The notes: a model not told the origin generated them from the sequence alone. A stretch of 64,000 nt of DNA from Alphaproteobacteria bacterium (GCA_965261735.1 OZ253470.1:1696001-1760000), one strand, 5' to 3'; positions 1-9,838 are shown, counted from the stretch's first letter. A program made the numbers and translations.

Positions 1-286
1 CCCGGTGTTCTGGCGGCACTTGCGGCAGCGCAGGACGCCAGGGCGGTTTTCAAAGTGGAACGGCTCTCCCGCCGTGCCGCAGTGCGGGCAGGCAAAGCCG
101 TCTCCCCAGCGGGCTTTCTCCAGGTAGGCGGCGCAGGCCGCATCATCGGGGAAAAGTCGCTGGAACTCGGGTAGCGAATGCGGGAATGGGAGATCGGCGC
201 GGTCGAGAACATCCATGGCGCGCTCCCCTATATCCGGGTTGCGCCCATTCTAGTCCTAGTGGGTGAGTGTAAACCGGATAGGCAAG
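1..286 (-). mobile_element. IS1595-family element A, copy 1 (left end and 5' part of transposase, ATG at 216; runs off window)
   Basis: Near-identical to 58588-58873; ends in TIR CCGGATAGGCAAG at 274-286 followed by GAACGAAC; truncates paralogue copy 1. Confidence 0.93.
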
Positions 287-705
287 GAACGAACTGGCTC
301 CACGGCACCCCGTCCCGGTTGGCGAGGAGTTCGGGCCGCAAATGTTTGCAGCCGGCGGCATTTATCAGCGCCGGTAGGTAATCCAACGCACCCTGCGCAA
401 AGCGAAAGTCGCGTAGATAGCTCGTCTCGGCGGGGCGTGCGCGCTTGAGCGCACGCAAGGCTAAACAGTACCCGGCTTTCGTTTGGTAGACCCAGTGGGA
501 ATCTTCGTCGCTGTTTTCGTATTGGTAGCCCTCATCGGTCCATTTCAAGTAGGCGACGCAATTACCGATGGGCTGCGCATCGAGCGAGCCCCACTCGCCC
601 GGATAGGCGGCCGCACCCGTGCCGATCATGCGGCGGCCGAACTTGTGGAAGCGCGCCCGCTTGCCCTCGGGAAACGGGCGCGCGAGCGCCGCGTCGATCT
701 CGTCG

Positions 706-2139
706 GATCGTGTCCCGCGGAGTGGTGTAAGAGCGTTGCGCTCTACGCGGCTCCCGGCGGGTAGGGCCGGGACGTTCAGGCTGCCACGGTGGGCAGCGTG
801 ATGGGGACACCATCGCTCAGCGGAGCGATGGATTCCAGCGTCATGTATCTCCTTGAGACGGCCCACTCGTCGTTCTGCTCGAGAAGGATGGCGCCGACGA
901 GCCGTGTGATGGCGGCTTCGTTGGGAAAGATACCGACGACGTTGGTGCGACGCTTGACCTCGGCATGGAGCCGTTCGATCGGGTTTGTGGAGTGCAATTT
1001 CTGGCGGTGCTCCCTGGGGAAGCTCATGTAGGCGAGGACGTCGTGCTCGGCTTCGTCCATGAGAACTGCCAGCTTGGGCACCTTGGGCCTGAGCTGGTCG
1101 GCGACCTGGCGCCACTGGACCTTCGCGCTGTCGGCGTCCTCCTGGGCGAAGGCGGAGACGACGCGCCGGCCCTGGCGGCCGGCATGGGCCAGCAGGTTGC
1201 GGGCGAAGTGCACGCGGCAGCGCTGCCATGTGGCGCCGAGGATCCGGGTCGCGGCGGCCTTCAGGCCCTTGTGGTCGTCGGAGATCACCAGCTTCACGCC
1301 GCGCAGCCCGCGCCGGGCCAGCGAGCGCAGGAACTCGGTCCAGAAGGTCTCGGCCTCCGACGCGCCGATCGCCACGCCCAGGACCTCGCGGCGGCCTTGG
1401 TCGTTGACGGCCACAGCCACGGTCACCGCGACCGAGACGATGCGTCCGGTCTGGCGCACCTTCACGTAGGTGGCGTCGAGCCACAGATAGGGCCAGTCGC
1501 CCTCCAGCGGTCGATCGAGGAAGCCGGTGACCTTATCGTCGATCTCGCCGCACAGCCTGGAGACCTGGCTCTTGGAGGCGCCCGACATCCCCATCGCCTG
1601 AACCAGATCGTCGACCGAGCGGGTCGACACCCCCTGGATGTAGGCCTCCTGGATCACCGCAGCCAGCGCCTTCTCGGCCATCCGCCGCGGCTCCAGGAAG
1701 CCCGGGAAGTAGCTTCCCTTCCTCAGCTTCGGGATCTTCAGCTCGACCGTGCCGGCCCGCGTCTCCCAGGACCGGTCGCGGTAGCCGTTGCGATGGGTGA
1801 TACGATCCGCCGAGCGCTCGCCGTGCCCGGCGCCGGTCAGGCCCTCAACCTCCAGTGCCATCAGCCGCTCGGCCGTGAAGCCGATCATCTCGCAAAGCAG
1901 ATCGGCATCGGAGCTCTTCTCCAAAAGCGCGCGCAGGGTCATCATGTCCTGGGTCATCGTGGTTCTCCTTCGGGTCAGGTTGGTTTGCACTAGCCTAACC
2001 CTAAACCGGAACCGCGATGGCCTCCGCTGTGGATAGCCGGCTTGCCTACGCCAGACTCTCGGCGGTCGCTACGGCAAGCCGCCTACCCACAGCTAACAGA
2101 GGCTCCAACAACTCCTACACCACGTCCTGGGACACGACC
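706..2139 (-). mobile_element. IS256-family element A, copy 1
   Basis: Imperfect TIRs GATCGTGTCCCG..GTGGTGTA / TACACCAC..GGGACACGACC; 8-bp TSD TCTCGTCG at 698-705 and 2140-2147. Confidence 0.95.
776..1957 (-). CDS. IS256 (Mutator-type) DDE transposase
   Basis: [31 protein letters not shown] motifs; AGGAGA RBS before ATG 1957; lacks 5 aa present in copy 2. Confidence 0.93.
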   Translation of the reverse strand: MTQDMMTLRALLEKSSDADLLCEMIGFTAERLMALEVEGLTGAGHGERSADRITHRNGYRDRSWETRAGTVELKIPKLRKGSYFPGFLEPRRMAEKALAAVIQEAYIQGVSTRSVDDLVQAMGMSGASKSQVSRLCGEIDDKVTGFLDRPLEGDWPYLWLDATYVKVRQTGRIVSVAVTVAVAVNDQGRREVLGVAIGASEAETFWTEFLRSLARRGLRGVKLVISDDHKGLKAAATRILGATWQRCRVHFARNLLAHAGRQGRRVVSAFAQEDADSAKVQWRQVADQLRPKVPKLAVLMDEAEHDVLAYMSFPREHRQKLHSTNPIERLHAEVKRRTNVVGIFPNEAAITRLVGAILLEQNDEWAVSRRYMTLESIAPLSDGVPITLPTVAA

Positions 2140-2370
2140 TCTCGTCGAGGCTTTCAAGCCCAAGCTCGGGCGCCCACCATACGGGGTAGGTCTCGCCGGC
2201 CCGCGCGCCGCCGGAGGCCGCGACGGCGGCGAGAACCAAGCCAAGGGCTAGCGCCCATTCGGCTGCGTTGCTCATCAGGCGTCTCCGATTGTTTGGAGCA
2301 GGACATCTCTACCATGACGCTCGATTGGGGCAAAAGGTGGGCTGGTTGACCTTTGCGGCAACAGTCTCGC

Positions 2371-3120
2371 CTAAGCCCGCCCGAGGCGCGCAACCGCCAA
2401 GTACGGGTGTGGCACGCCCTTCCGGTTGGCGATGATCACCGTCGGCAGAAACTTGCAGCCAGCAGCATCCACCAGCGGCGGAAGGTAGTCCAACACATTC
2501 TTCGTAAAGCCGAAGTCGCGCAGATAGCTCTTAGTGGCGGGGCGTGCCCGCTTCAGCGCTCGCAGGGCGTAGCAGTACGCCGCCTTTATTTGGGGCTTAC
2601 ATACTTAACTTGACAGGCGGCAATCCTGCGCTCGCGTCAGTCGGTACGAACGTAACACAACAGCCCAAGACCGGAAAAACCACTCTTCGGCGACCGCATT
2701 GCAGCTAAGACGGGGGCCACGGCAGCCGGCGAACCTGCCCGTCAAGCTAAGTATGTAAGCCCCCTTTATTTCATAGACCCAATAGGAATCTTCGTCGGTG
2801 TTTTCGAATTGGTACCCCTCGTCGGTCCATTTCAGGTAGGCGACGCAGTTGTCGATGGGCTGCGCATCGAGCGAGCCCCACTCGCCCAAATAGGCGGTCT
2901 CGCCTTCGCCGACCATGTGGCGGCCGAACTTGTGGAACACCGCGCGCTTGCCCTCGGGAAACCGGCGGGCGAGCGCCGCGTCAATCTCGTCGAGGTTTTC
3001 AAGCCCAAGCTCGGGCGCCCACCACACTGGGTAGGTTTCACCGCCGCTGGCGCCACCGAGCGCCGCCCCGCCGCCGAGAAACAAGCCTAGAGCCGCTGCC
3101 CATCCGGCTGCTTTGCTCAC
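2371..3120 (-). pseudogene. Secreted-protein paralogue copy 2, interrupted by MITE and C-terminally truncated
   Basis: GTG 3120 ...WWAPELGLENLDEID...YWVYEIK | MITE | AAYCYALRALKRARP...ANRKGVP; homology is lost near 2412, TAG at 2371-2373. Confidence 0.88.
2592..2763. mobile_element. 172-bp MITE with IS1595-type ends
   Basis: 23-bp TIR GGGGCTTACATACTTA(A/G)CTTGAC with 1 mismatch; 8-bp TSD CTTTATTT at 2584-2591 and 2764-2771; no transposase. Confidence 0.93.
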
Positions 3121-3337
3121 CAAGGTTCCCCGCCTGTTTGGACCAGGATATCTACCATGACGTGCGATTGGGGCGAAAGAAAGGCCTGCCGTGCAGCACC
3201 GGAAGGTGGCGGCGGCGGAATCGCATCGCACGCAGCCGAGCGAGGACCGTAACCGATGGGGTGGACGCCCCTCCCGACGGCATCGCGATGTGCCAGGTTG
3301 GCGGTGTTGTTAACGCCAAGCGAGGAAGGGGGCGTCC

Positions 3338-4360
3338 ATGGAACAGGTTCACATGATCGGGATCGATCTGGCGAAGAACAGCTTTCAGCTGCACGGTGCG
3401 CGGGCGGATGGGTTGGTTGCGTTCCGCAAGAAGCTGAGCCGGGCGAAGCTGTTGGACTTTGTGGCTGCGCAGCCACGCTGCACGGTGGCGATGGAGGCGT
3501 GCGGCGGCGCGCACCATTGGGGCCGGGAGATCGGCAGTCTCGGCCATGCGGTGCGACTGGTCCCACCGATCTACGTCAAAGCGTACGTCAAGCGGCAAAA
3601 GAACGACGCGTCGGATGCGGAGGCGATCTGCGAGGCGTCGTCGCGGCCGACCATGCGCTTTGTGGCTGTGAAGACGGAGGAACAGCAGGCTCGGGGCATG
3701 CTGTTCCGGACGCGCGATCTTCTGGTGCGCCAGCGCACCCAGACGATTAATGCGCTGCGCGGCCATCTGGCGGAGTTCGGTGTCATTGCCCCACAGGGGC
3801 CGGCTCATGTCGGCCGGCTGACCTCGGCGCTTGAGGGACCGGCTTCGAGGTTGCCGGAAGCGGTCCGCGAGCTGGCCGGCCTTCTGCTTGAGCAGATCGC
3901 CGGCCTCGATGCGAAGATTGCGGGCCTGGAGAGGGAGGTCCACGTGAGAGCACGGCAGGATGAGGAGGCGAGGCGCCTGATGAGCGTGCCGGGGATCGGG
4001 CCGATCAGCGCGATGGCAATCCAGGCCTTCGCACCGCCAATGGAGAGTTTCCGGCGCGGCCGCGACTTCTCCGCTTGGCTCGGCCTCGTGCCGCGCCAGC
4101 ACACGACCGGCGGCAAGCCGAAGCTGGGCAAGATATCGAAGATGGGCCAGCGCGATCTGAGACGGCTGCTGATCACAGGCGCGATGACTGTGGTCCGCTG
4201 GGCGGTTCGGCGCGGCGTGACGACGGACCCCTGGCTGGCCGGGATGCTGGCGCGCAAGCCGAGGATGCTCGTCGCGGTGGCGCTGGCCAACAGGATGGCG
4301 CGCATCGTCTGGGCGCTACTGACGAAGAAGGAGAGCTACCGGGCTCCCGCCACCGCCTGA
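3338..4360 (+). CDS. IS110-family DEDD recombinase/transposase
   Basis: IGIDLAK, AMEACG, KNDASDAEAI, GLVPRQHTTGGK, VALANRMARI motifs. Confidence 0.96.
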   Translation: MEQVHMIGIDLAKNSFQLHGARADGLVAFRKKLSRAKLLDFVAAQPRCTVAMEACGGAHHWGREIGSLGHAVRLVPPIYVKAYVKRQKNDASDAEAICEASSRPTMRFVAVKTEEQQARGMLFRTRDLLVRQRTQTINALRGHLAEFGVIAPQGPAHVGRLTSALEGPASRLPEAVRELAGLLLEQIAGLDAKIAGLEREVHVRARQDEEARRLMSVPGIGPISAMAIQAFAPPMESFRRGRDFSAWLGLVPRQHTTGGKPKLGKISKMGQRDLRRLLITGAMTVVRWAVRRGVTTDPWLAGMLARKPRMLVAVALANRMARIVWALLTKKESYRAPATA

Positions 4361-4610
4361 GAGAACGGCGAAGTGCGGGAAGCCGTCGGGGATGTGGGCA
4401 GGACGGAGGACAGGTAAGGGCAAAGGTCAACGAGACCGGGTTGGGAAAACCAGCATCCGAACGGAGAGCTTTCAAGCTCGCGTAACCGATTTGGACCCAA
4501 TCCGCGTATCTCCATACGGGCCCGCGGCGTGTCATCTGCCGCATAGAGAGGCCGGACACACGACAGCACCTGACCGCATGCACCGAGCCGACCAAAAACT
4601 GCTTGCATCA
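4361..4610 (+). ncRNA. Putative bridge/seek RNA of the IS1111-type element
   Basis: Stem 4437-4445/4496-4504 encloses hairpin 4466-4479 and CGTAACCG (matches left flank); ACACACG at 4556-4562 matches the IS right end; exact RNA ends unknown. Confidence 0.75.
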
Positions 4611-4728
4611 ACGGGGGCGTCCACACACGGGCGGTGCGGGAGATGTTCGAGAAGGCGCTGAAGCAGGAGCCGTTCTTCGTCCACCCGACGTGCAAGAAGC
4701 CCTTGAAGACCCTGCACAGCCGCGGCCG

Positions 4729-5622
4729 TTAATAGTAGCTGAGAATCTCGGGGTTAAGGCACGACCTGCTGTTGTCCCCGCGATAGCCATGTGCGTCGAT
4801 CACCCGGAGCACGGCGCCCCGCCGGTCGAGCGTCAGAAAGAACAGAACCGTTGTCGGCAGGCCCCTGGGTTTGCCAAGAAAGAATCCGAGGAAATCCCGC
4901 CTTACCAGTAGATCGTCCAACCCATCCCCGTTGAAGTCGCCGCGGCCGATGATGGAAAAAGCATCCTCATCGTATTTTTCCGTCATCTCGGACGAGCTCC
5001 ACGCCTCGTAGACGAAATGCTCCGGGTCGCGAACGACCAGGTTGACAAAGTGCTTCGGCGGTCCGAAGGCGGGATGGACGAATTGGCTCCACGGCACGCC
5101 GTCCCGGTTAGCCAAGAGTTCGGCCCTCAGGAACTTGCAGCCGGCCGCATCTAGCAGCGCCGGGAGGTAATCCAATACGTCCTGCGTGAAACCGAAGTCG
5201 CGCAGATAGCTCGTCGCGGCCGGGCTTGCGGGCTTCATCGCACGTAGCGCCAAACAGTACGCGGCCTTCAATCGGTAGACCCAGTAGGAATCTTCGTCGC
5301 TGTTTTCGAAGCGGTACCCCTGATCGGTCCATTTCAGGTAGGCGAGGCAGTTGTCGATGGGCTGCGCATCGAGCGAGCCCCACTCGCCCAAATAGGCGGT
5401 CTCGCCTTCGCCGACCATGTGATGGCCGAACTTGTGGAACACCGCCCGTTTGCCCTCGGGGAAAGGCTCGGCGAGCTTGGCGTCGATCTCGTCGAGGCTT
5501 TCAAGCCCAAGCTCGGGCGCCCACCACGCGGGATAGGGGCCCTCGGCCTGCGCGGCGCCGGAGGCAGCCACGGGGGCGAGAACCATGCCAAGGGCTAGCG
5601 CCCATCCGGCCGCGTTGTTCAT
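4729..5622 (-). CDS. Secreted hypothetical protein, intact paralogue copy 3 (297 aa)
   Basis: Signal peptide ending AQA; four Cys; GDFNGDGLDDL FG-GAP/VCBS-like Ca-binding loop near C-terminus. Confidence 0.85.
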   Translation of the reverse strand: MNNAAGWALALGMVLAPVAASGAAQAEGPYPAWWAPELGLESLDEIDAKLAEPFPEGKRAVFHKFGHHMVGEGETAYLGEWGSLDAQPIDNCLAYLKWTDQGYRFENSDEDSYWVYRLKAAYCLALRAMKPASPAATSYLRDFGFTQDVLDYLPALLDAAGCKFLRAELLANRDGVPWSQFVHPAFGPPKHFVNLVVRDPEHFVYEAWSSSEMTEKYDEDAFSIIGRGDFNGDGLDDLLVRRDFLGFFLGKPRGLPTTVLFFLTLDRRGAVLRVIDAHGYRGDNSRSCLNPEILSYY

Positions 5623-5744
5623 CAGACGTCTCCGATTGTTTGGAACATCTACCATGACGTGCAATTCAGCCGAAAGAAAGGCGCGGGTAATGGCGCGACT
5701 GGGGCAAAGGCGGCGCTACCTCCGCCCCGCGTTCTGCAGCGCCC

Positions 5745-7037
5745 TCAGTCGGCGAAGGGGTCGCGCACCAGGATGGTGTCGTCGCGCTCGGGGCTGGTGG
5801 ACAGCAGCGCCACCGGGGCCTCGATCAGCTCCTCGATGCGGCGGATGTACTTGACTGCGGTCGCCGGCAGGTGGGCCCAGCTGCGCGCGCCGCGGGTGCT
5901 GTCGGGCCATCCTTCGAGGGTCTCGAACTCGGGCTCGACGGCGGCCTGGCGCGCGGCCCCGGCGGGCAGGTAGTCGATGCGCTCGCCGTCGAGACGGTAG
6001 GAGGTGCAGACGTTGAGCTCGGCCATACCGTCGAGCACGTCGAGCTTGGTCAGCGCGATGCCGTCGATGCCGCCGACCTTGACCGCCTGGCGCACGAGTA
6101 CCGCATCGAACCAGCCGCAGCGCCGCGGCCTTCCCGTGACCGTCCCGAACTCGAGGCCGCGCTCGCCCAAGCCTCGCCCGACCTCGTCGTGCAGCTCGGT
6201 CGGGAACGGGCCGGCGCCGACGCGCGTCGTGTAGGCCTTGGTGATGCCGAGTACGTAGCCGACCGCGGCGACGCCGAGGCCGCTGCCGACCGCGGCCTGG
6301 CCGGCCATCGTGTTGGAGGCGGTAACGTACGGGTAGGTGCCGTGGTCGACGTCGAGCATCGCCCCTTGCGCGCCCTCGAACAGGATGCGCCGGCCCTCGC
6401 GCTTCGCCTTATCGAGCCGGCGCCACACCGGCTCGGCATAGGGGAGCAGCTCGGGCGCCACCGCTTTGAGCGCCGCGATCAGCTCCACCTTGTCGATGGT
6501 CGGCTGGTCGAGGCCGCGGCGCAACGCGTTGTGGTGCGCGAGCAGGGCATCGACCTTGGCCTCGAGGCCGGGACCGTCAGCGAGGTCGCAGACGCGCACC
6601 GCGCGCCGCGCCGTCTTGTCCTCGTAGGCCGGCCCGATGCCGCGCCGCGTGGTCCCGATCGGCACCGCGCCCTTGGCCTCTTCGCGCAAGCCGTCGAGCT
6701 CGCGGTGGAGCGGCAGGATCAACGCCGCGTTCTCGGCGATGCGCAGGTTGGTGGGCGAGACGGCGACGCCGGCCTCGCGTAGGCTGCGAATCTCGTCGAG
6801 CAGCGCCCACGGGTCGATGACCACCCCGTTGCCGATGACCGACAGCTTGTCCGGGCGTACGACCCCGGCGGGCAGGAGGCTGAGCTTGTAGGTCGCGCCG
6901 TCGATGACCAGCGTGTGGCCGGCGTTGTGGCCGCCCTGGAAGCGGACCACGACGTCGGCCCGCTCGCTCAACCAGTCGACGATCTTGCCCTTGCCCTCAT
7001 CGCCCCACTGGGCGCCGACGACCACCACGTTCGCCAT
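5745..7037 (-). CDS. purA: Adenylosuccinate synthetase
   Basis: [36 protein letters not shown]. Confidence 0.98.
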   Translation of the reverse strand: MANVVVVGAQWGDEGKGKIVDWLSERADVVVRFQGGHNAGHTLVIDGATYKLSLLPAGVVRPDKLSVIGNGVVIDPWALLDEIRSLREAGVAVSPTNLRIAENAALILPLHRELDGLREEAKGAVPIGTTRRGIGPAYEDKTARRAVRVCDLADGPGLEAKVDALLAHHNALRRGLDQPTIDKVELIAALKAVAPELLPYAEPVWRRLDKAKREGRRILFEGAQGAMLDVDHGTYPYVTASNTMAGQAAVGSGLGVAAVGYVLGITKAYTTRVGAGPFPTELHDEVGRGLGERGLEFGTVTGRPRRCGWFDAVLVRQAVKVGGIDGIALTKLDVLDGMAELNVCTSYRLDGERIDYLPAGAARQAAVEPEFETLEGWPDSTRGARSWAHLPATAVKYIRRIEELIEAPVALLSTSPERDDTILVRDPFAD

Positions 7038-7053
7038 GTCCTTCGCCCCGCGC

Positions 7054-8199
7054 TCAGTCGAGCGGCTCGATCGCGCCGTCGCGAAGGAGGTGGCTGCAGC
7101 CGAGCCGGCGCGCTTCGGCCGCATCGCCACCAACGCCACCGGCCTCGAGGCCGTGCAGGGTGCGCCAGCCCTTCCCGCGCAGCCTTGCGCCAGCCGTGCG
7201 CTCGGTACCAAAGGGCAGGTAGAGCAGCGCCGCGGGCTCGCGCGGTGCGGCCGCCCGCAGGAGCGAATCGAGATAGAGGGTGAAGCCGGCGGCCCGCTCG
7301 CCCGACTCGAGCAGGTAACGCCCGCCGCGCCCGAGCTCGCCGCGGATGCCCTTGGCGAAGAGCGTGAACGACAGGCCCGTGTGGTACTCGAAGCCGCGGA
7401 ACTCGGCCGGATCGATAGTGATGCCAACGCCGGGCACCGCCACCGACGCGAGCTCGACCACCTCGGCGAGCTCGGCCCACAGGGCCGCCGCCGGAGCCGG
7501 TAAGTCGAGTCGATCGAGGCGCGAGAACACCTCCGCCGCCGGCCCGGCCGCCGCCAGGAGCGCGCTCAACAGCGAGTCCTTGGTGATTCCGAGGTCGGCC
7601 AGCGCCGCGGCGTCCTTGCGGTCGAGGGCGTGGCGCGCGGCCTCGGCCGTCGCCGCGTCGAGGCCCAACCCCTCGCATACCGCGGGAACCAGGTTGGGCA
7701 GGGTCATGTCGATGGAGAGATCGGCAACACCGACCTCACCGAGGGCCTCGGCCGCGAGCACGATGAGCTCGGCGTTGCCGGCGACCGGCGGCGCCCCGAC
7801 CAGCTCGACTCCGACCTGGCCGAACTCGCGCTCCGGGCGCAGCTGGCTCGCGCGCACGCGCAGCACGCGCCCGGCGTAGGCGAGGCGGGCGGGGCGCGGC
7901 GCGCCGGCGAGCCGTGTCGCGGCGATGCGCGCGACCTGTAGGGTCATGTCGGGGCGCACGCCCATCATGCGCTGCGATATGGGGTCCATGAGCCGGAACA
8001 TCGACGCCGCCACCGCCTTGCCGGGGCCCGTCAGCAGGGTCTCCTCGAACTCGACCAGCGGCGGCTTCACGGGCTCGTAGCCGTAGCTCGCGAAGCGGCG
8101 CATCAGGGTGGCGCTGATCTCGGCCTCGAAGCCCGCGAGCGGCGGCAGATCGTCGCGCAGGCCGGCCGGCAGCAGGCCGCTATCGGGATAGCCGTTCAT
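7054..8199 (-). CDS. hisZ: ATP phosphoribosyltransferase regulatory subunit
   Basis: [33 protein letters not shown]; upstream of purA. Confidence 0.93.
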   Translation of the reverse strand: MNGYPDSGLLPAGLRDDLPPLAGFEAEISATLMRRFASYGYEPVKPPLVEFEETLLTGPGKAVAASMFRLMDPISQRMMGVRPDMTLQVARIAATRLAGAPRPARLAYAGRVLRVRASQLRPEREFGQVGVELVGAPPVAGNAELIVLAAEALGEVGVADLSIDMTLPNLVPAVCEGLGLDAATAEAARHALDRKDAAALADLGITKDSLLSALLAAAGPAAEVFSRLDRLDLPAPAAALWAELAEVVELASVAVPGVGITIDPAEFRGFEYHTGLSFTLFAKGIRGELGRGGRYLLESGERAAGFTLYLDSLLRAAAPREPAALLYLPFGTERTAGARLRGKGWRTLHGLEAGGVGGDAAEARRLGCSHLLRDGAIEPLD

Positions 8200-8257
8200 C
8201 GCGTTCGAGTGTAGCCGAGTTGACTCGGCTTTCGCTACGGGCCGGCGCCGCTCCGGC

Positions 8258-9838
8258 CTAGCAGCAACGCAGCGACTTGACCTCGCGCACGTGCTCGATG
8301 CCGCGGACCGCGGCGAGCACCTCCTCGGGCAGCTCGTCGTCGACCTCGACGAGCGCGATGGCGTTGCCGCCGCGCACGCCGCGCCCGAGATGGAAGCTCG
8401 CGATATTGACGCCGGCATCGCCTAGCGCGGCGCCGAGGCGGCCAATGAAGCCGGGCCGGTCCTCGTTGTTGACGAACAGCATGTGGGGCGCCAGCTCGGC
8501 CTCGATCGAGATGCTGTCGACCTCGACGATGCGCGGATGCTCGTCGGCGAACAGCGTGCCGGCCACGACGCGCGTCCCCGACTCGGTGATGACCGACAGC
8601 CGGATCAGGCTCTGGTAGTTGCCGGCGCGCTCGCGGCTGACCTCGGACACGTCGATGCCGCGCTCCTTGGCGATCAGCGGCGCGTTGACCACGTTGACCG
8701 ACTCGAGCTGCGGCGACAGCAGTCCCTGGAGGACGAGTGCGCCGAGCGGGCGGACGTTGAGGGTGGCGACGTGACCCTCGAACTCGATGGTCGCAACCGT
8801 GATGGAGCTGTCCGTGATTTGGCCCATGAAGCTGCCGAGCTGGAAGGCGAGATCCTGGTAGGGCTTGAGCTTGGGCGCGTCCTCGGCGCTCACCGGCGGC
8901 ATGTTGATGGCGTTGGTCACGGCGCCGTCCAGCAGGTAGTCGGACATCTGCTCGGCGATCTGGATCGCCACCTTCTCCTGCGCTTCCGTGGTGGCGGCGC
9001 CGAGGTGGGGTGTCGCCACGAATTGGGCGAGCCCGAACAGCACGTTGTCGCGAGCCGGCTCGTTTACGAACACGTCGAATGCGGCCCCCGCCAGCTGGCC
9101 GGACTCGAGCGCGGCCTTGACGTCGTCCTCGACGACGAGGCCGCCGCGCGCGCAGTTGATGAGAAACGCGCCGCGCTTCATCTTGGCGAGCGCCGCGCCA
9201 TCGATGATGGCGCGTGTCTGGTCGGTGAGCGGGGTGTGCAGCGTGAGGAAATCGGCGCGCGCGAGCAGCTCGTCGAGCTCGACCTTGTCGACGCCCAGTT
9301 CCTCGGCGCGCTCGCCCGAGAGGTAGGGGTCGTAGGCGACGACGCGCATCTTCAGCGCGAGCGCGCGCTCGGCGACGATCGAGCCGATATTGCCGACGCC
9401 GACGATGCCGAGCGTCTTGCCGTACAGCTCGACTCCCATGAAGCGCGACTTCTCCCACTTGCCGGCCTGGGTCGAGGTGTTGGCGGCCGGGATCTGTCGC
9501 GCCAGCGCGAGCAGCAGCGCGATCGTGTGCTCGGCCGTGGTGATGGCGTTGCCGAAGGGCGCGTTCATGACCACCATGCCATGCTGGGTCGCCGCTGCGA
9601 CGTCGATGTTGTCGACGCCGATACCGGCGCGTCCGATGACCTTGAGCCTGGTGGCGGCGGCCAGGACCTCGGCCGTGACCTTGGTCGCCGAACGCACCGC
9701 GAGGCCGTCGTAGCCGCCGATACAGGCGAGGAGGTCGTCAGGACTCAGTCCTGGCTTCTCATCCACGTCGATGCCGCGGTCGCGCAAGATCGCGCTCGCC
9801 TTCGCGCTCAGCTCATCGGAAACCAGAACACTGACCAT
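8258..9838 (-). CDS. serA: D-3-phosphoglycerate dehydrogenase
   Basis: GRAGIGVDNID, GVGNIG, NCARGG, TPHLGA, C-terminal ACT domain. Confidence 0.97.
   Translation of the reverse strand: MVSVLVSDELSAKASAILRDRGIDVDEKPGLSPDDLLACIGGYDGLAVRSATKVTAEVLAAATRLKVIGRAGIGVDNIDVAAATQHGMVVMNAPFGNAITTAEHTIALLLALARQIPAANTSTQAGKWEKSRFMGVELYGKTLGIVGVGNIGSIVAERALALKMRVVAYDPYLSGERAEELGVDKVELDELLARADFLTLHTPLTDQTRAIIDGAALAKMKRGAFLINCARGGLVVEDDVKAALESGQLAGAAFDVFVNEPARDNVLFGLAQFVATPHLGAATTEAQEKVAIQIAEQMSDYLLDGAVTNAINMPPVSAEDAPKLKPYQDLAFQLGSFMGQITDSSITVATIEFEGHVATLNVRPLGALVLQGLLSPQLESVNVVNAPLIAKERGIDVSEVSRERAGNYQSLIRLSVITESGTRVVAGTLFADEHPRIVEVDSISIEAELAPHMLFVNNEDRPGFIGRLGAALGDAGVNIASFHLGRGVRGGNAIALVEVDDELPEEVLAAVRGIEHVREVKSLRCC

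Larger units (their letters stand above)
287..2275 (-). pseudogene. Secreted-protein paralogue copy 1, split by IS256 (706-2139) and cut by IS1595 at 286
   Basis: MSNAAEWALALG...WWAPELGLESLDE (2275-2140) continues in frame as IDAALARPFPEGKR...GVPWSQFV (697-287); homologous to 4729-5622. Confidence 0.9.
3254..4629 (+). mobile_element. IS110 family, IS1111 subgroup element
   Basis: Sub-terminal IRs GTGGACGCCCC (3261-3271) / GGGGCGTCCAC (4614-4624), internal IR before the ATG, CG core at both ends, no TSD, long 3' non-coding region. Confidence 0.9.
3191..4732 (+). pseudogene. Short gene remnant split by the IS110 (possibly C-terminus of a PIG-L-type deacetylase)
   Basis: Removing the IS restores VQHRKVAAAESHRTQPSEDRNRAVREMFEKALKQEPFFVH...*; K..A...H.(S/T)Q..E.F resembles PIG-L family C-termini (weak). 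Confidence 0.4.

Noticed and set aside
228-1484. 418-aa ORF that looks like a transposase-secreted protein fusion
   Set aside because: An alternative frame of IS256 that happens to run into the interrupted paralogue; the TSD explains it
287-5622. Diversity-generating retroelement as the source of paralogue variation
   Set aside because: No reverse transcriptase in the window, and the differences do not look adenine-specific
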